A stretch of 64,000 nucleotides of DNA from assembly GCA_965649765.1 (NCBI GenBank), contig OZ287761.1:21452001-21516000 (forward strand), given 5' to 3'. Made by a program: the position numbers and the translations under genes. The notes under the pieces were generated by a model that was not told where the DNA came from, did not search any database, and saw only the letters and a program-made list of their open reading frames with translations. The DNA comes from Bispira polyomma. Its lineage: Eukaryota. Shown here piece after piece: positions 1-13,700 of this stretch (positions are counted from its first letter, which is position 1; each line of letters begins with the position of its first letter).

Positions 1-1099
1 TTTTGGAACAGGTCTGAGTGAAAGGGGGTGATTTACAGGAATATTTTGGCACTGTAGCGGAGGTATGCATTCTAGTCAGTGAACAACACTAATGTGATGT
101 CTCGCACCTATAAAATGTTTGTTTTGTAATTTTGAAATTCTGTAAATTTAAACTTCTGTATTCTCTATGTATTCAGTTTGATGAACTTTCTAATCAATAC
201 TTGTACAGTTAAAGCTTCTAATTTGAACCTCAAAGGGAAAATACTTCTACTTAAGCAGGATTTCAGGCCAAGAAAGGTTTTTCTTTTTTCACCTATATAG
301 AAGGAAGTGTAGCACATTAACAGAGTTCTACTTAAAAGTCTTGATCTTCCATGTAGGAAAGTTTGTCAGGTACTTGCCGTTGGCTGGTGGTTTACAGTGG
401 CTTCAGCACTGGCTTCTTCCACCACTAAATCTGGCCGTCGCGATATAACCGAAGCTGTTAAAAAATGACAGAAAATCAAACGAAATTCCAAATGCTAGTT
501 GTTGGCTTCACAGTCACTTGCATCTCACCTCTAAAAACGGTGGACAGGACCGAAGCTATTGAAAGGGATGCAAATTTGAATCAAATTATAAAGTTTCACA
601 GGCTTTAACTGTATTAGTTGAACCAGTTCTTGTTTCCCCCCAAACTGTTTGGTTAATAGAGATTCTACTGTACACATAGTCACTTGTATACATGTAGATT
701 AGGGATTACACACCACACCAAGAGTAAACAGGTACAGTAAAGCCCTTTGCAGACCAAAGCAATGACACATAATACAAAAAACACGTCTCAGCTTGGCAGT
801 TTACTACCATAACTTCTTCTAGAAACTTTACTACTTTTTGGCTTGTCGCGTCAACTATTGAAATAGATAGCTCAAAGGTCAGAGCACAGTAAAAAGTGAC
901 CTAGCAAGTGTGATTTTAGTGACCATATTAATCCTTTAACCCCTTAGGCTGTTCTCTAGTAGTCCACAGAATTTGTTACTCCCAGATCCTTTGTCTTTAT
1001 TTGTTGCGGTGTGCACACTTTTTTGTGTCTCGTTATTGTTGTGTTGTCTGGTATCAGACATGTGGAAAAAAAATGAAGATGTTATTGGGGCTAACAAAT

Positions 1100-1560
1100 T
1101 GGCAGATACTTTAATTGTAAATATTTCTGGAAGAATATAAAAAGGGCTAAATGTAGTGATAAAAGTAGTGTGACATGTAATATTGATGGTGTCAATGGTT
1201 TGAAAAATATTTGTGAATTATTTGAAAATAAGTATAAATCACTATACAATAGTGTCTCATATGATAAAAGTAAAATGAACAATTTAGAAAATATAGTTGA
1301 TGAGAACTTGGACATATATGTGATCAGGGAAAGTGTTACTCAGATCATAATATTTCTGTACAAGATATCATTAGTGAAAGTAAAAAACTTAAATTAGGAA
1401 AATATGATAGTGATCACATGTATTGTACCAATAATATCAAATATGGGACGCACAGACTATATGTCTTCATATCATTAGCATTTTGTGCAATGTTAAAACA
1501 CTGTGTTATAGCTGCAGAATTGTTAAAATCAACATTTATTCCTATCCCGAAATATAAACA
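1100..1560 (+). mobile_element. Decayed non-LTR retrotransposon ORF2 fragment (region just before the RT core)
   Basis: ICELFENKYKSLYNSV and LYVFISLAFCAMLKH...LLKSTFIPIPK in broken frames. Confidence 0.55.
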
Positions 1561-2704
1561 TGGACACCGACTTGGTGAGTGGCCCCTTGAGACGGTGCCC
1601 CTCTCCTTTCTGTGAGAAAACACCTTTCAGTTCAGCTCTCTGTCAAGTGTTTACGTTAGGAGGGGATTGTTGCGACCCAAGTTCTAATCTTTGGCAAACA
1701 CTTCACCTATATCACATTTCACTAGCAACTTTCTTTAGGCTCTGACTAGTAATCTAAAGTTTGGTGTATATCATATCCTTTTCGGTGTGCCTTCAATTGC
1801 GTATGAGTGGCTCATGGCAAAGACCTAGGGCATTAACATTGTGGAACAGTGTATTAATTATGACTGTGTGTATGTACATTGTGTACATGACATACATACC
1901 TTTCCCTTTAGGTCTGGGTCAAGTAGCTGTAACCCCCACTTATTATTAGCTCAGTGGATCTTCAATGTAAAAGAATGTTTTCAAATGTATCCATGTCAAG
2001 TGTGTATTAAATCATATCTTCAGTGTTCAGCTACACATCCCAATTATACTCTGACATGATACTGTTTTCACAATGCAAAGTTAGAGATTTGCATTCAAAT
2101 TTACACGCATTGGTAGTATCTTCTTCCTGGCTGGGATTCAATGCACTAATTAACCTTTACTTTATTGCACCAGTTAAACTGTACCATAACTGAAGGCTGC
2201 AGATGACCATTTCATTAATTGCATCCTCGATATTCTTTTAGCCTGTTTATGAAGAAAGAACTTTTATTTCAGAGGACACCTCCATTTGAAGTGGGTCAAC
2301 CGGGCCACTATTTATCTGACTATATGGTGAATGCAGAAAAAGCATTTAGTGACTATAAACAAGCCTTTGATTCAGTATGTGTACAATAGTGGGGTGCACA
2401 GAATTATCTAGGTCATGAGCTAAAGTTTTATTACCCATGATTCTTCATGTATACCCTCCTTCCCGTAAAAAAATGTATGTAGTAGCCTCTATATTACATC
2501 ATATATGGTTTGTAAAACAAAAGAGGCTATATTTATTATTTAGTGCAAATTAATGGGGGAAATTCTCGACCAAGGAGGGTGTAAATGACTTTGTATTGAG
2601 AAAACAAAACTTTGCATGACAGAGGGTCAGCTGTATTTCTTTTTTGTAAATGCTTGAATTCTATTCAATCTGAAGTATTAGGCTCCGACAAAGTACCCAG
2701 AGAC

Positions 2705-2915
2705 AGCGGTGGCCTATTGGTTAGAAGTGTGAGCTTCATAATCACTTATCTCTCACCAATATGGGTTCGAATTCCATTTGTTCCTTCATGTATGGGAAAG
2801 TTTGTCAGGTACTTGCCATAGGTTGCTGCTTTATGGTGCCTTCAGCACTAATTTGGGTTACTATTAAATCTGGCTATCGTGATATGACTTAAGTTGTTAA
2901 AAGCGACATGAAATC
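2705..2915 (+). mobile_element. Older tRNA-derived SINE family 3
   Basis: GGTTCGAATTCC B box and GAAAGTTTGTCAGGTACTTGCC...AAATCTGGC...GATATGAC; copies at ~345..490, 8420..8635, 8915..9135, 16785..16915 (-), 16945..17115, 40085..40245. Confidence 0.75.
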
Positions 2916-3599
2916 CATATAAATTCTTAAATTGTGAGCCTTTTCTGACAAAGTACCAAATTTTTAAATCTGTAAGACTATTTTAAAGGAAAGAGTTCTG
3001 TTTTTGCATTGGAATAATAATTCATAATTTGACTTTGGCTTATGTCCAGAAGAATCTTTTAAATTGAGACAACACGTCCTTGTGTTGCTGGCTGAAAGCC
3101 ATGTTAAAATGAATGCTGATAATTACTTTGTTAAGAATGTTCATTTATAAGGTGTACTATGTGCATGTGTTATTAAAGTTGAATTATCTTTTGCCACTGA
3201 GGTTATGTTGGTTGATGATAATTGTCACCTGGCTTGCACAAAAACTGTTTTACTTAAAATGTGGTCAAGGAATAGGGCATGGACCAAGGAAAAATCCATT
3301 AGATTTTTTGAATGGATCTGGGTTGATCACTTAAGCTACTCTTTGCTCTTCTATGTTTAAATCACTGCTGTTTAATGTTTAAATCCGTGGAAGCACTCAC
3401 TGGGCGATACGTCGAAATTGGAGTGAAACCAGGGGTGGGCGATTATATGAGCATCATCAATAAGGCCGTTATGATGTAGGATGCTAACAAACATGTTTAA
3501 CAAACTGCATCATACCAAAACTAATGTGGTTTATTTATGTTAGAAACACTGGACTAAAGTAATATAATATAGATGTAGTAAACAAGGAAAAGTAGTTTT

Positions 3600-4100
3600 T
3601 ATTAGGTAAATAATTTTATTGGGTCATCTTTCTTCGTTGAAGGTGGAGATTCCTCATCCAGAAGGCTATCATCTGTGGTGTGAGTAGTAGGAAGCTTGTG
3701 AAACTTAAGTTTCCAAGCCTGTATACGTCTGGTCTGGTCAGACGTCATCTGCATACAAATGTAGCAGTCCTCAGGACTGGAAGTTACACAGACATCAGCG
3801 CCAAGCCCCTTGTCTCTGCATGTAAGGCAATGACCATGGTGGTCAAAATCGTAGACCTCGTGCCACACTTCGGGGCAATCCTCTGGGAGGAAACGGAAGA
3901 AATCAGTTCGTTTTCCGCCATGCCTCAGTCAAATACTCATAAAAAAAGAAAACTCTATCTTGAAAACGGTCAATATGGTAAATTGGCCGAGCAAAATGGA
4001 GGTCTGTTAAGTCGGACGACCAAAATGAATCTGAGGCGTACAAGCACTAACAGAAGTGACAACACTTCCTGCGCATGCGCGGGCCTCTTTGTCGGTTGAG
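3600..4100 (-). mobile_element. DIRS-like gag N-terminal Cys/His fragment (5' piece of a DIRS retrotransposon)
   Basis: FDHHGHCLTCRDKGLGADVC...CYIC pattern in ORF 3602..3868; CpG-rich upstream segment; boundaries approximate. Confidence 0.55.
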
Positions 4101-4698
4101 AGTAAAAAATTAAGAAACAAGAATAGTCTTTATAAAAAAGACTTTTGGTCGAGCAATTATTCAAAATGAATAAAAGCACTTACTGAGGATAAGGTAAGGA
4201 TATTTATCGCAATAAAAATATATATATCACGTCTGGTACGGGTTTTTGTGTGTAAAATTTGGTGTTTAGGAGCTTCTTGGCTCATTTTTGGGGGGTGGAC
4301 GATAATGCGAGATCGGGCGCTTCCGCGGATGATTTCGGTAATACAATCCCCATAACCAAAGTTACTCCCCCCCCCCCCACCCCCCACTTAGGCCACTGAT
4401 TCATGGCACGTCATTGTATTGTATTGAAATTTTGGATTTTTTAATGCGCCTAATATGGATTACCAATAGAAAAGTCCATAGACATAGCCACGGTCGCAAG
4501 GAAGGATGTAGTGGTGTACGGGGAGGGAACTATGGGGGGAGGGGGGGGGGGGGGTTGTAGGCGAATTCAAAAAAAGTTCAGTTCAAAGCTTTTTTCTAAA
4601 CCCAGATAGGTTTAAGATTTTTGTTCATGCAATCCTTTTACCCTAAAAATCTGTATTTTTAACTGTTGACACTGTTTATTGTTGTTTTTTGTTTACAG

Positions 4699-4769
4699 AT
4701 ACACCAATGGATTAGTGGATGAGATAGAGGTGTGGTATGCCAGTAAAAACTACCTGATGCTGGATAAAA
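4699..4769 (+). CDS. Exon 1 (visible): end of a ConA/LamG-like module, YTNGLVDEIEVWYASKNYLMLDK
   Basis: tttacag acceptor and gtgagt donor; peptide parallels YPVVLFDDVQIWKAK at the end of the next exon; phase-1 end matches exon at 19538. Confidence 0.7.
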
Positions 4770-7700
4770 GTGAGTAAGACACCATGTATGAGGCTATAGG
4801 CTAGAAATGAAATCAAGCTTAAAATACAATATAAATTGGCGTTCTCACAGGCGGTTACCGATTAGAACCTAAGATATCCGTTGTTATTGCGATAATCATA
4901 AATACAGTAGAACCTCTAATAGCTAAGCAGAGCTACTAATAGACTTTTGGTTTGCTCTGTTAATTTACCAAAAAAAAATCAGGACCTAGAACACGTGTAC
5001 AATTCATATACAAATAGTTTAACCTTCTTCTGTCTCTACAAAAGTCTATACAGTTTTCAATTTCTTTAACAGAGTACATATAAGTATCAGTATGGTAAAA
5101 AATTGGTAAAAAAAACTGAAATATTCTGCAGATATATTAGTTTCAGTATTTATATTTTGTTTTTACTGTACATTCATACATAGATATATACATATTGTCA
5201 TATTGCTTATTGCTAAGTATTAATAATACATAGTGCTCTAAACTGTGCTTAAACTAGACAGAAATTCAGCTTTGATTGTCCAAACAAGTACAGATTTTCT
5301 AAAAATCTGCCAGTCAGCTCAATTATTTTATTAAAGGGTTGATATTTTGGTAATTAGAACTCTGTATGGGTGTTTGGATAATGAACTGCATCTACTTTTA
5401 AATTATTTTTCCATATTCTGTGTATGTTTATCAGATTACCTATTCACCAACATTCTTCCACAAATTCTATTAAGGTGTAAACCAGGGTGAACCGTATTCA
5501 CCAAGTTCTTGGTTTTAATCTTAACATTTTGGTCTTTGATTTTGGCTGCAAAGGTTGCCATTTTGGCCTTAGTCTCAGCGATAATAAGAAGAGATCTTTG
5601 CTTAGTGTTATAACCTTGCTTTGTCAACATTAAGCCTTACAGCAGGCAGTCCTAAATATTGTTTTTAGACATGAATGTTGAGCTTTAAAGACCATGACCT
5701 TTTTGTGAAAACGGTCTCAGAGATATTAATGAAAGAAATTTTCATAGATTAAATAGTATTAACGAAATTGTTATGATGAATCAAAAGCACCAGACGTAAA
5801 TTTAAAAAAAAATGCATTTCATTAAACACACCAGAAAAAAATGCTTTATAAAATACTAGTTTTACCGTATTTAATGCTAAAACAGGTGCTGTTTGTAACC
5901 ATATCAGTAAAACATTTTAAAGAGACTTGTGAGAAAATCTTTCAAATATAATGGAAAATCCTTTCTGTGTCTATGTCATATTTCTTTCATTCTTTATTGT
6001 CAATAATATATATAATATTTTTGTGTATAAAAACCATATAAATATTTTTTAATAATATTTGCTGCACACAGTTGAACCCTTTTTAAGTCGAACCTCTGAG
6101 GTCTTTGTTAAAATTTCGGCTGGGCTTTAAGTGGGCCGATGGTCGCTGGTTTACAGTGTAGAATTTTAACCGACTAGTATATACACTGGTTTCTTCCAGC
6201 ACTGAAACTGCCTGTCGTGATATAACCTCCTATACAATGTCTTGTAAGCAACGTTCAATAAACCCAAAATCTAATCATATCAAGGGACTAAGGGGAAATG
6301 TTTCTACCTTTTTTTAATAAAGAAAATACCTTCCTGGATTCTATAGATATTTCTCCATTATAAAAAAGGAAGAAAAATGACTTTGAACAGAGTTCTACTT
6401 AATGGGAGTTGACTGTACTTGTTAGATAGTTATAATAGATAACTTTTTATTATTGCACTGCCTTTAGAAAATACCTTCAGCTTGATATATATGCGTGTGT
6501 GTGTTAGTGCCTATAATAGAAAGCGCTGACTGTCATTTAACATGCAGTACAATTTTGTAAAATATTTTTATATATACCTATTTCATATACATTGTATTAC
6601 CTTTTTTCCTATATAATGCCAATTATGCTTTTAAATTTGATATCCATGACCTTTTTTATCTATTTCATATGTACCGTTTTAATACTATATAATGCTAATT
6701 ATGCTTTTAAATTTGATATCCATGATCTTTTTTATCTATTTCATATGTACCGTTTTAATACTATATAATGCCAATTATGCTTTTAAATTTGATATTATTG
6801 TTCTCTTTATCTATTCCATTTTAAACTTTTTGACTTATATAATGCCAATTATGCTTCTTAATTTGCTATCCTTTTGTGTACCCAGCTTATAACTTGGTTG
6901 TTATCAACTATTTCCCCAATACAATTACTTTGTAGATTTTTCATTTCAGGGTGCCTAATGTGAGCTTATTGTTATAGCTTAAATATATATGGAGCTAATG
7001 TATGCTAAGTGCAGTTACAATGCTTTTGCATGAACTTTGTAGTATGTTAAAATGCCTTGCATTGTAAGTTATGTTGAATGTAATTAGTCAGTGACAGTTA
7101 CTTGCTGATGGTCGCTGGTTCTACAGTGTAGAATCTTGACCGACTAGTACACACTGTATTTTGCTTATGTGCGACAGTGTTAAAACTTCTTTTTTTTCTA
7201 TGCATTTAAATGTATATGGAGCCATTTGCTAATTGTACTTAGAATGCTTTTGTGTTAACTGTCTAGTTTGTCAATGCCTTGCATCTGGTCTTTTGGTCTG
7301 TGGCCTGCCATTGTGTATCTATTTAACAGTTACCGTTTGGGGGAAAGCCCCCCCCTCCCCCCTACCTGTATAGAAAGGTATGTGTCTTGTATTAGAGCAT
7401 AAATAAAGTTTACTGATCTCTGTACCGGGGTCATCTTCAGTGTCAAAAGATGCCTTTTCAGTTAGGCCTGTTGTACATTTTGTTGGGTACCTCGGTGGTG
7501 TAGTGGTCCCACCCCTGCCCATTACCTCTGCAGTTTGGGGTTTGGTTCCTGTCAACACCATTTGGTAGTAAACTTGCTGATAGCTGGTAGTTTGTACCAT
7601 GCCCAAAAAAACACCTTAAGCAATAATGTTTTAGGCACCTTCGATTATCAGATCAAAATTTTGCTCTCCCAAATAATTGTTCTGATAACAGAGACTGTAC

Positions 7701-10700
7701 TTTAGTATACTCTTCTAGTATATATTATGTACACATATCGTAAAAACAAAAACTACACGAGTTTCTAGGAAAACAAAACACACCAGTCAGTACTTGAGTT
7801 ATTAGTAAGGTTTACTTGCGTTATTAGTAAGGCAGAGTGTGGGGGGGGGGGGGGGGTTGATGGTAGGTGATGAGTAATTTGTGTGAGTAATGAAGAAATG
7901 GCAAACACATTCCAGTGGCTGACACCGGTAGATGAGATGATGGTGATGGGCAGGGTCCATGTATTCTTGGAAAGAACACTCAAGCTCAAACTAAATAATA
8001 GTTAGGTTAAATCTTTACATTTAAATATCACAGAATAACCACAGCCATAGTATTGGGCCTGATAACATCCTTAAGGTTTACCAATATATTCAGACATATT
8101 CCTGAACAGTGAAGGTATTTAATATATGTTCTCCTAGATTGAGATTGTTTTGGTAAGACAGCAGTGATGAAGTGATTGCATACATTAATCCAATCTTTAT
8201 TCTCAACTACTATTGAGTCAGTAGGGCTGAACCTTTTGAGTTTGTTTTGAGAATATATGCTGGGCATGAATCAGTAGGTAGCCTTGTTAAGTCGCTGATA
8301 AAATATTGGTCTGTATTTTCTTTAGCTTAGATCACACTTAACTCTTTAAAGTCTTCCTCTCTTTGGTGAGTCCAAACCAATATGTTAATTGTATATTCAA
8401 TTAAAAGTTTAATTTAACCATAGTGAGGGAGATCCTTAAACTTGCTTGCTTCACAATCACTGGCCTCTCACTAATGTGGGTTCGAATCCCCTTTTTTCCT
8501 TCACATGGAAAAGTTTTGTCAGTTACTTGCTGTAGGTCGGTGGTTTTACACATTGTGGCTTCAGCACTGATTTCTTCCACCATTAAACCTGGCTGTCATT
8601 ATATGACCTCAGCTGTTGAAAGTGAATAAACATCCAAGTAAATTCAATAAGCATTAAAGTGCCAATCCTTAAACTTTGTGGTTAAGTCTGAGTTTAGCTT
8701 CAGTTTATTAGAGAATATTTACAGACTCCATAAATTGTTTTCTATGATAGTACTTGGCCAGAAAACAAGACAAACAGTAGAATAGGTGCCTTGTGTTGTC
8801 TTTTTTCAGCCCACACTAAATTTAGTAGACCATAGAAATAAGTTTGTAAAAAAGTGTCTTATTTATTGGATTAGTCAAGCATTTCTTTCCAGTTGCCTTC
8901 TTGGAAAACATTTGGGGCCATGTACTGGCCTGGTGGTTGGTTATAAGCGCCTGCTTCACAATCACTGCCATAATCTAACCGAAGTGGGTTCGAATTACCC
9001 TTTGTTTCTTCATGTGAATCAGTTTGTCAGGTACTTGCTGTAGGTTTACACCGTGGCTTTAGAACTGGTTTCTTCCACCACTAAATCTGGCCATTGTCAT
9101 GACCTAAGTAAGCTGTTGAAAGCGATATATAACCGAAATAGAATAAAAATTCAATTCCTTGAAAAACATTTAGAAGTAAAATAAATCTACAGTCTCATGT
9201 ATGCGATTTGCTAGAGCTCTGGGCCTGTATTCACTAAAGTTCTTATACTAAAGGTCCAGACACACAGAGCCGCATCCGGATCAGGATCCGGAACCGTATT
9301 TATTTAAACTAAATAAAACAGTAGAAGCTGACACACACAAGACGGATCCGTATGCGGATCCGCCGATCCGGCCCGTATAAAATTTACACAGATTTCATTT
9401 CTAATTTTAGGGGATCCGCCAAGCGGATCTCCAGCAAGCACTTGCAAATTCCCGCAAAATTTTAAATACCTTTTACAAATAAAATTGAACAAAATGTCAA
9501 AAAAAACTGGTTTAAGATTGTTTTCAGATACCACAATTGAGAACTTAATTGAGGAAGTGTGTGCTTACCCTTCTCTTTTCGACAAGGCAACTAGAGAGTA
9601 CAGAGATAAAGTGAAAAATGAGGGAATTTCAAAAGGAATTGCCGAAAAATTGGATCTTTTTGGTTTGTGTACACTTTACTCTAGCCAAAATCCTTAGCCG
9701 TTTGAATAAATAGCCATCTAAATAAAAAAAAAAATTTATGCTATCATTTTTTTTAGTGTATAGTTTGTCCTTAATTAAAAATTAAAACATTGTCACATAT
9801 ATTATTAGTACATACATTTTGTTTGACACAAACTACATCTCATTAAATAATATACATTTTAGAAGTATTGAAAAGTAGGGAAAATGTTATGGCCAAAAAA
9901 GTTAATTACCTCAATTTCACTGATAATTATTTTTGTAGTGTTCATATTTTTATAATTACAAAATATATCTAGAAACTTTGAATTTAATATTTTAAAGTGT
10001 AGCAGTTTATCAGTGTTTAAAATGGCAAAAAAGGAACATTCTCTATATCATGTAAATAATCTTCTAGTTGTTCTCTATTATTATATTTTAATCAGTAAAG
10101 TTTGTTTTTTGGCTTATAGAGACATGTGGGGAAAAAAAACATCCAAAATGTAGTGTTTTAATTGTGTTATTTTGAGCAAATGGTAAATGCAACTTACCTA
10201 AGACCTTCAGCAACATGGATTTTATGCAGTTATAACACAAACACAGCCACAAATGTAAGAAATATTGACTGTTACTGATAAGCAGAATACCAAATCACCG
10301 ATAATTTTCGCGGTAAATTTATCGTTTTTGCGCACATTCTGTGCGCATGATTCGGACGGATATTCGGTCCTGTGTGAATTGAATAATTGTAAATCCGTTT
10401 TTGGATAATTATGCCGATCCGGATCCCGATCCGGATGCGGGTCTGTGTGTCTGGACCTTTAGAATAAGAATGTTTGGAATTCACTAAAGTTCTTATACTA
10501 AGAATTTTTGCTTATTCTTAGAAAAATTTCTAAGAATGAGCTTTAATTCTAAGAATGGTCAAGACCTTACTTAAGTTAAGAAAAAGACATAGGGCCATGT
10601 GCACTAAAGTTGTTATACTTAGAATAAGAATCATTCTTATACTTAGAATAAGAATCATTCTTATACTTAGAAAATTTTCTATTCTAAGAATTTTTTATTA

Positions 10701-13700
10701 TCTTTTATTTTTTATAGAATAAGAATTTTCTTAATTTTTCATGCACAAAGAATGCCATGTTTTTTTCTTAACTTAAGTAAGGTCATGACCATTCTTAGAA
10801 TCAAAGCTCATTCTTAGAAAACTTTCTATGAATAAGCAAAAAGTATAAGAATTTTTCTAAGAATAATTCTAAGTATAAGAACTATTCTAAGTATGAGAAC
10901 TTTAGTGAACACAAAAAATTCTTATTCTTTCATCTCTTTACAAAATATCTTTACTGTCTTCTCATGTATACGACTATGATTAGTGACATCTGATGTCTCA
11001 GTGTTTGGACGGAAAAATTGTGTGTGCTAGGTGTTGATTTTCTAAATTTCCAACCGCAAAATGGCCGTCACAAATCACATATACGAGAACATAGGTTAAC
11101 ACTTATTGTTTGTGTTTTATCCACAGACAAAGCTAAATGTTCTGACTTTCTCTGAATGATTAATTTGCGTCAATTCTAGTACACATGTATAGGTAACAAA
11201 GACTGATGTGTCAGTTTTAGGAAATTCTTGTGGTTCCCCCACTTCCCCCAGTTTTCATGATGTCATTCTGGTTATTAAGAAAAAATTGGGTTTCAAAGAA
11301 AGAAAAAACCCATTTATTATAAAGAGCTGAAAAGCCTGTACATGAGATCAGATTACAAATTTCCAGTGATAGTTTTCTCTTAGGTTCAAAAGGTTAATTT
11401 AAACTTTTTAAAACTAGGAACAAAATTGGCTCTAGTAATAGACAAATTTGACTTAATACTGGTTCCTTAGTTACAGAGAGTCTACAGTAGAACCCCATAT
11501 TATCTGAACATGTTGGGAGAGCAAGATTGTGTTTGGATGATAGAAGGTTCGTAAAATAGTAAAGTCATTTTAGTATGAAACAATAGAAAAATTATATAAT
11601 TTTAGGGGAGTGGAAATCTGTTTATGAAATCAACTTTTTGATGAATAGACATTTTGGATAATAGAGGGTCTACTGTAAATACAGGTGTAAATTATATGTA
11701 TCTAGTGATACAATAGATCAATTTAACCAGTTGTACTCCAGTCTGTCAGTAATTACTGCATCTGTGGAATTTGGAGGACAGAAAAACAAACCATCACACA
11801 TCAGTAAAGTAAGGAATCTAAAATTTACCACTGTATCTGAAATTCGCCCCCATGAAAATGTTGTGTTTTGGGTAGAATTGTGGGGTAATATTTGCTGAAA
11901 TTAAGATTTTGCTGACTACTATGCCTTCCTCACCTAAATTCAAGTAATTTTTCGCCAAGTTTTGATTGAATTGGGGTTTGTGGGGTGAAGTTTTTAGGGG
12001 GTTGGTGGCGAATTTCAGATACACTGGCGAATTTTCGGCTCCTTACTCTCTAGATGGTAATATCACATTACAGCCCATTTGAGGTGTTCCATTTCACCAC
12101 ACTGTCTACTTACTTGTAATATATAATCATACATCATACTTATTATATGCCAGCCACCAATAATAAAAAAAATCTGGTCTAAAAGCCATTTTAAAAAGGT
12201 GACAGTTTTTTAATGGTGGTAGCATTAAGTGCCAGGAAAGTCACTTTTTAGACACAGGTCTGTTTTGTATATCAATCTAGTCCCTTTTTTAATTGCCAAA
12301 ATATGGTGACTCAGTTGTTGTTTATATATTCACAAGAGAAAATGTCTTTAATATATCACTTTGATAAGTAGAAATCCTGTTTAAGTAGATACAATTCCTT
12401 CTGGTTCCTTTGAGATTCCAATTAATGGGGTTCTCTCCTATATGTAATAAGGCAATTAAAAGTAAGGTGAGGTGACAGGTATAAGTTCTCCTTTCGCCCC
12501 CCCCCCCCCCCCCCCCCTTCGCCACTGTGAAAGAAATATGGGGGTTATAAGATACAGTGCGTGTATCTATCCCGGGGGTATGCATGGCTTGGATCCTGTG
12601 GGGGCCGATTGCGATCATTTTTGGGGGTGAGTGTAGATTTATATAGATATTTCAGCATTATTAGATAGTTTGTGTCAGGTAGAAAGAAATAATAGTTTAG
12701 CACAACATGGGAGCAAAACCCCCCAAACCCCTTCTTGAACTTTTAAAGTGACATTGGTGACGTCACATATTGGTACCGACTAACTGCATTCTCTAGCCTT
12801 CATTAAATTCTGCAGCGAATGTAGGCAGAAGGGTTTATTTTTGGGTTTTCTTTCATGGCACCTTGGCAGAGTGTGTTCTCTAGGTCTTTATTAAATGTGA
12901 CTTTTTTTAACTCTTAAACCCCTTTAAGTGAAACCTCGAGGGACAAGGAGAAATAGCTCCACTTGAGTAGGACTTCTACTTATCAGGGTAGATTTCAAAA
13001 GGAAATGCCTTCTGTGTGACTACAGTTTGATCTCCACATAAAAGAAATATATTGATTTAACAGAGTTCTACTTCAAGAGGCTTGATTGCAGATTTTAGAT
13101 TTTATGAGTATATTTTACATCATATGCTTTGTGTGATATTACTACACGGTTGTTTGGATATAAAAAATGTTATATAGCCAAATGGAGCCTATAGAGCCAA
13201 TATATTCTATATCTTTATGTTCAATTTATCAACAAATTTATGGGGAGGGGAAAAAATAAATGAAAAAAAGACAAAAAACAAAACCTGAAAACGTAAAAAA
13301 ATTAAATCACACAAGATCAATAGGCATTTGCAGACAGAAAGGCTTGTGCTCCAAGACATTAGTCTTCTGCCGATATATCTACTGTATTTTTTATCCTCTT
13401 CAAATACTATTCAAGACTCCATCTATTCATAAGTTTGGTCATGTAGAGTAAGAAATCTTAAAATTTACCACTGTATCGGAAATTCGCAACCCATTAATAT
13501 TTAAATTAAATCAATAAAAAAAACTGGGCAAAAAATAACTGAAATTTACTTAATTTAGGTAAAGTAAGGTAAAATACTCATAAAAATCTCATTTTCAGCC
13601 AATAATACCCACAATTCTACCAAAAACACAAATATTTTCTATGTGACAAATTTCAGATATAGCGGCAGATTTTAGATTCCTAGACTGTTTTTCAAGTTTG

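Noticed and set aside
4366-4555. Poly-C/poly-G tracts as G-quadruplex elements (also ~7840-7857 and 12497-12518)
   Set aside because: Simple homopolymer runs with no other support
7319-7606. 95-aa minus-strand ORF in moderately GC-rich sequence
   Set aside because: No recognisable motif and no partner exons found
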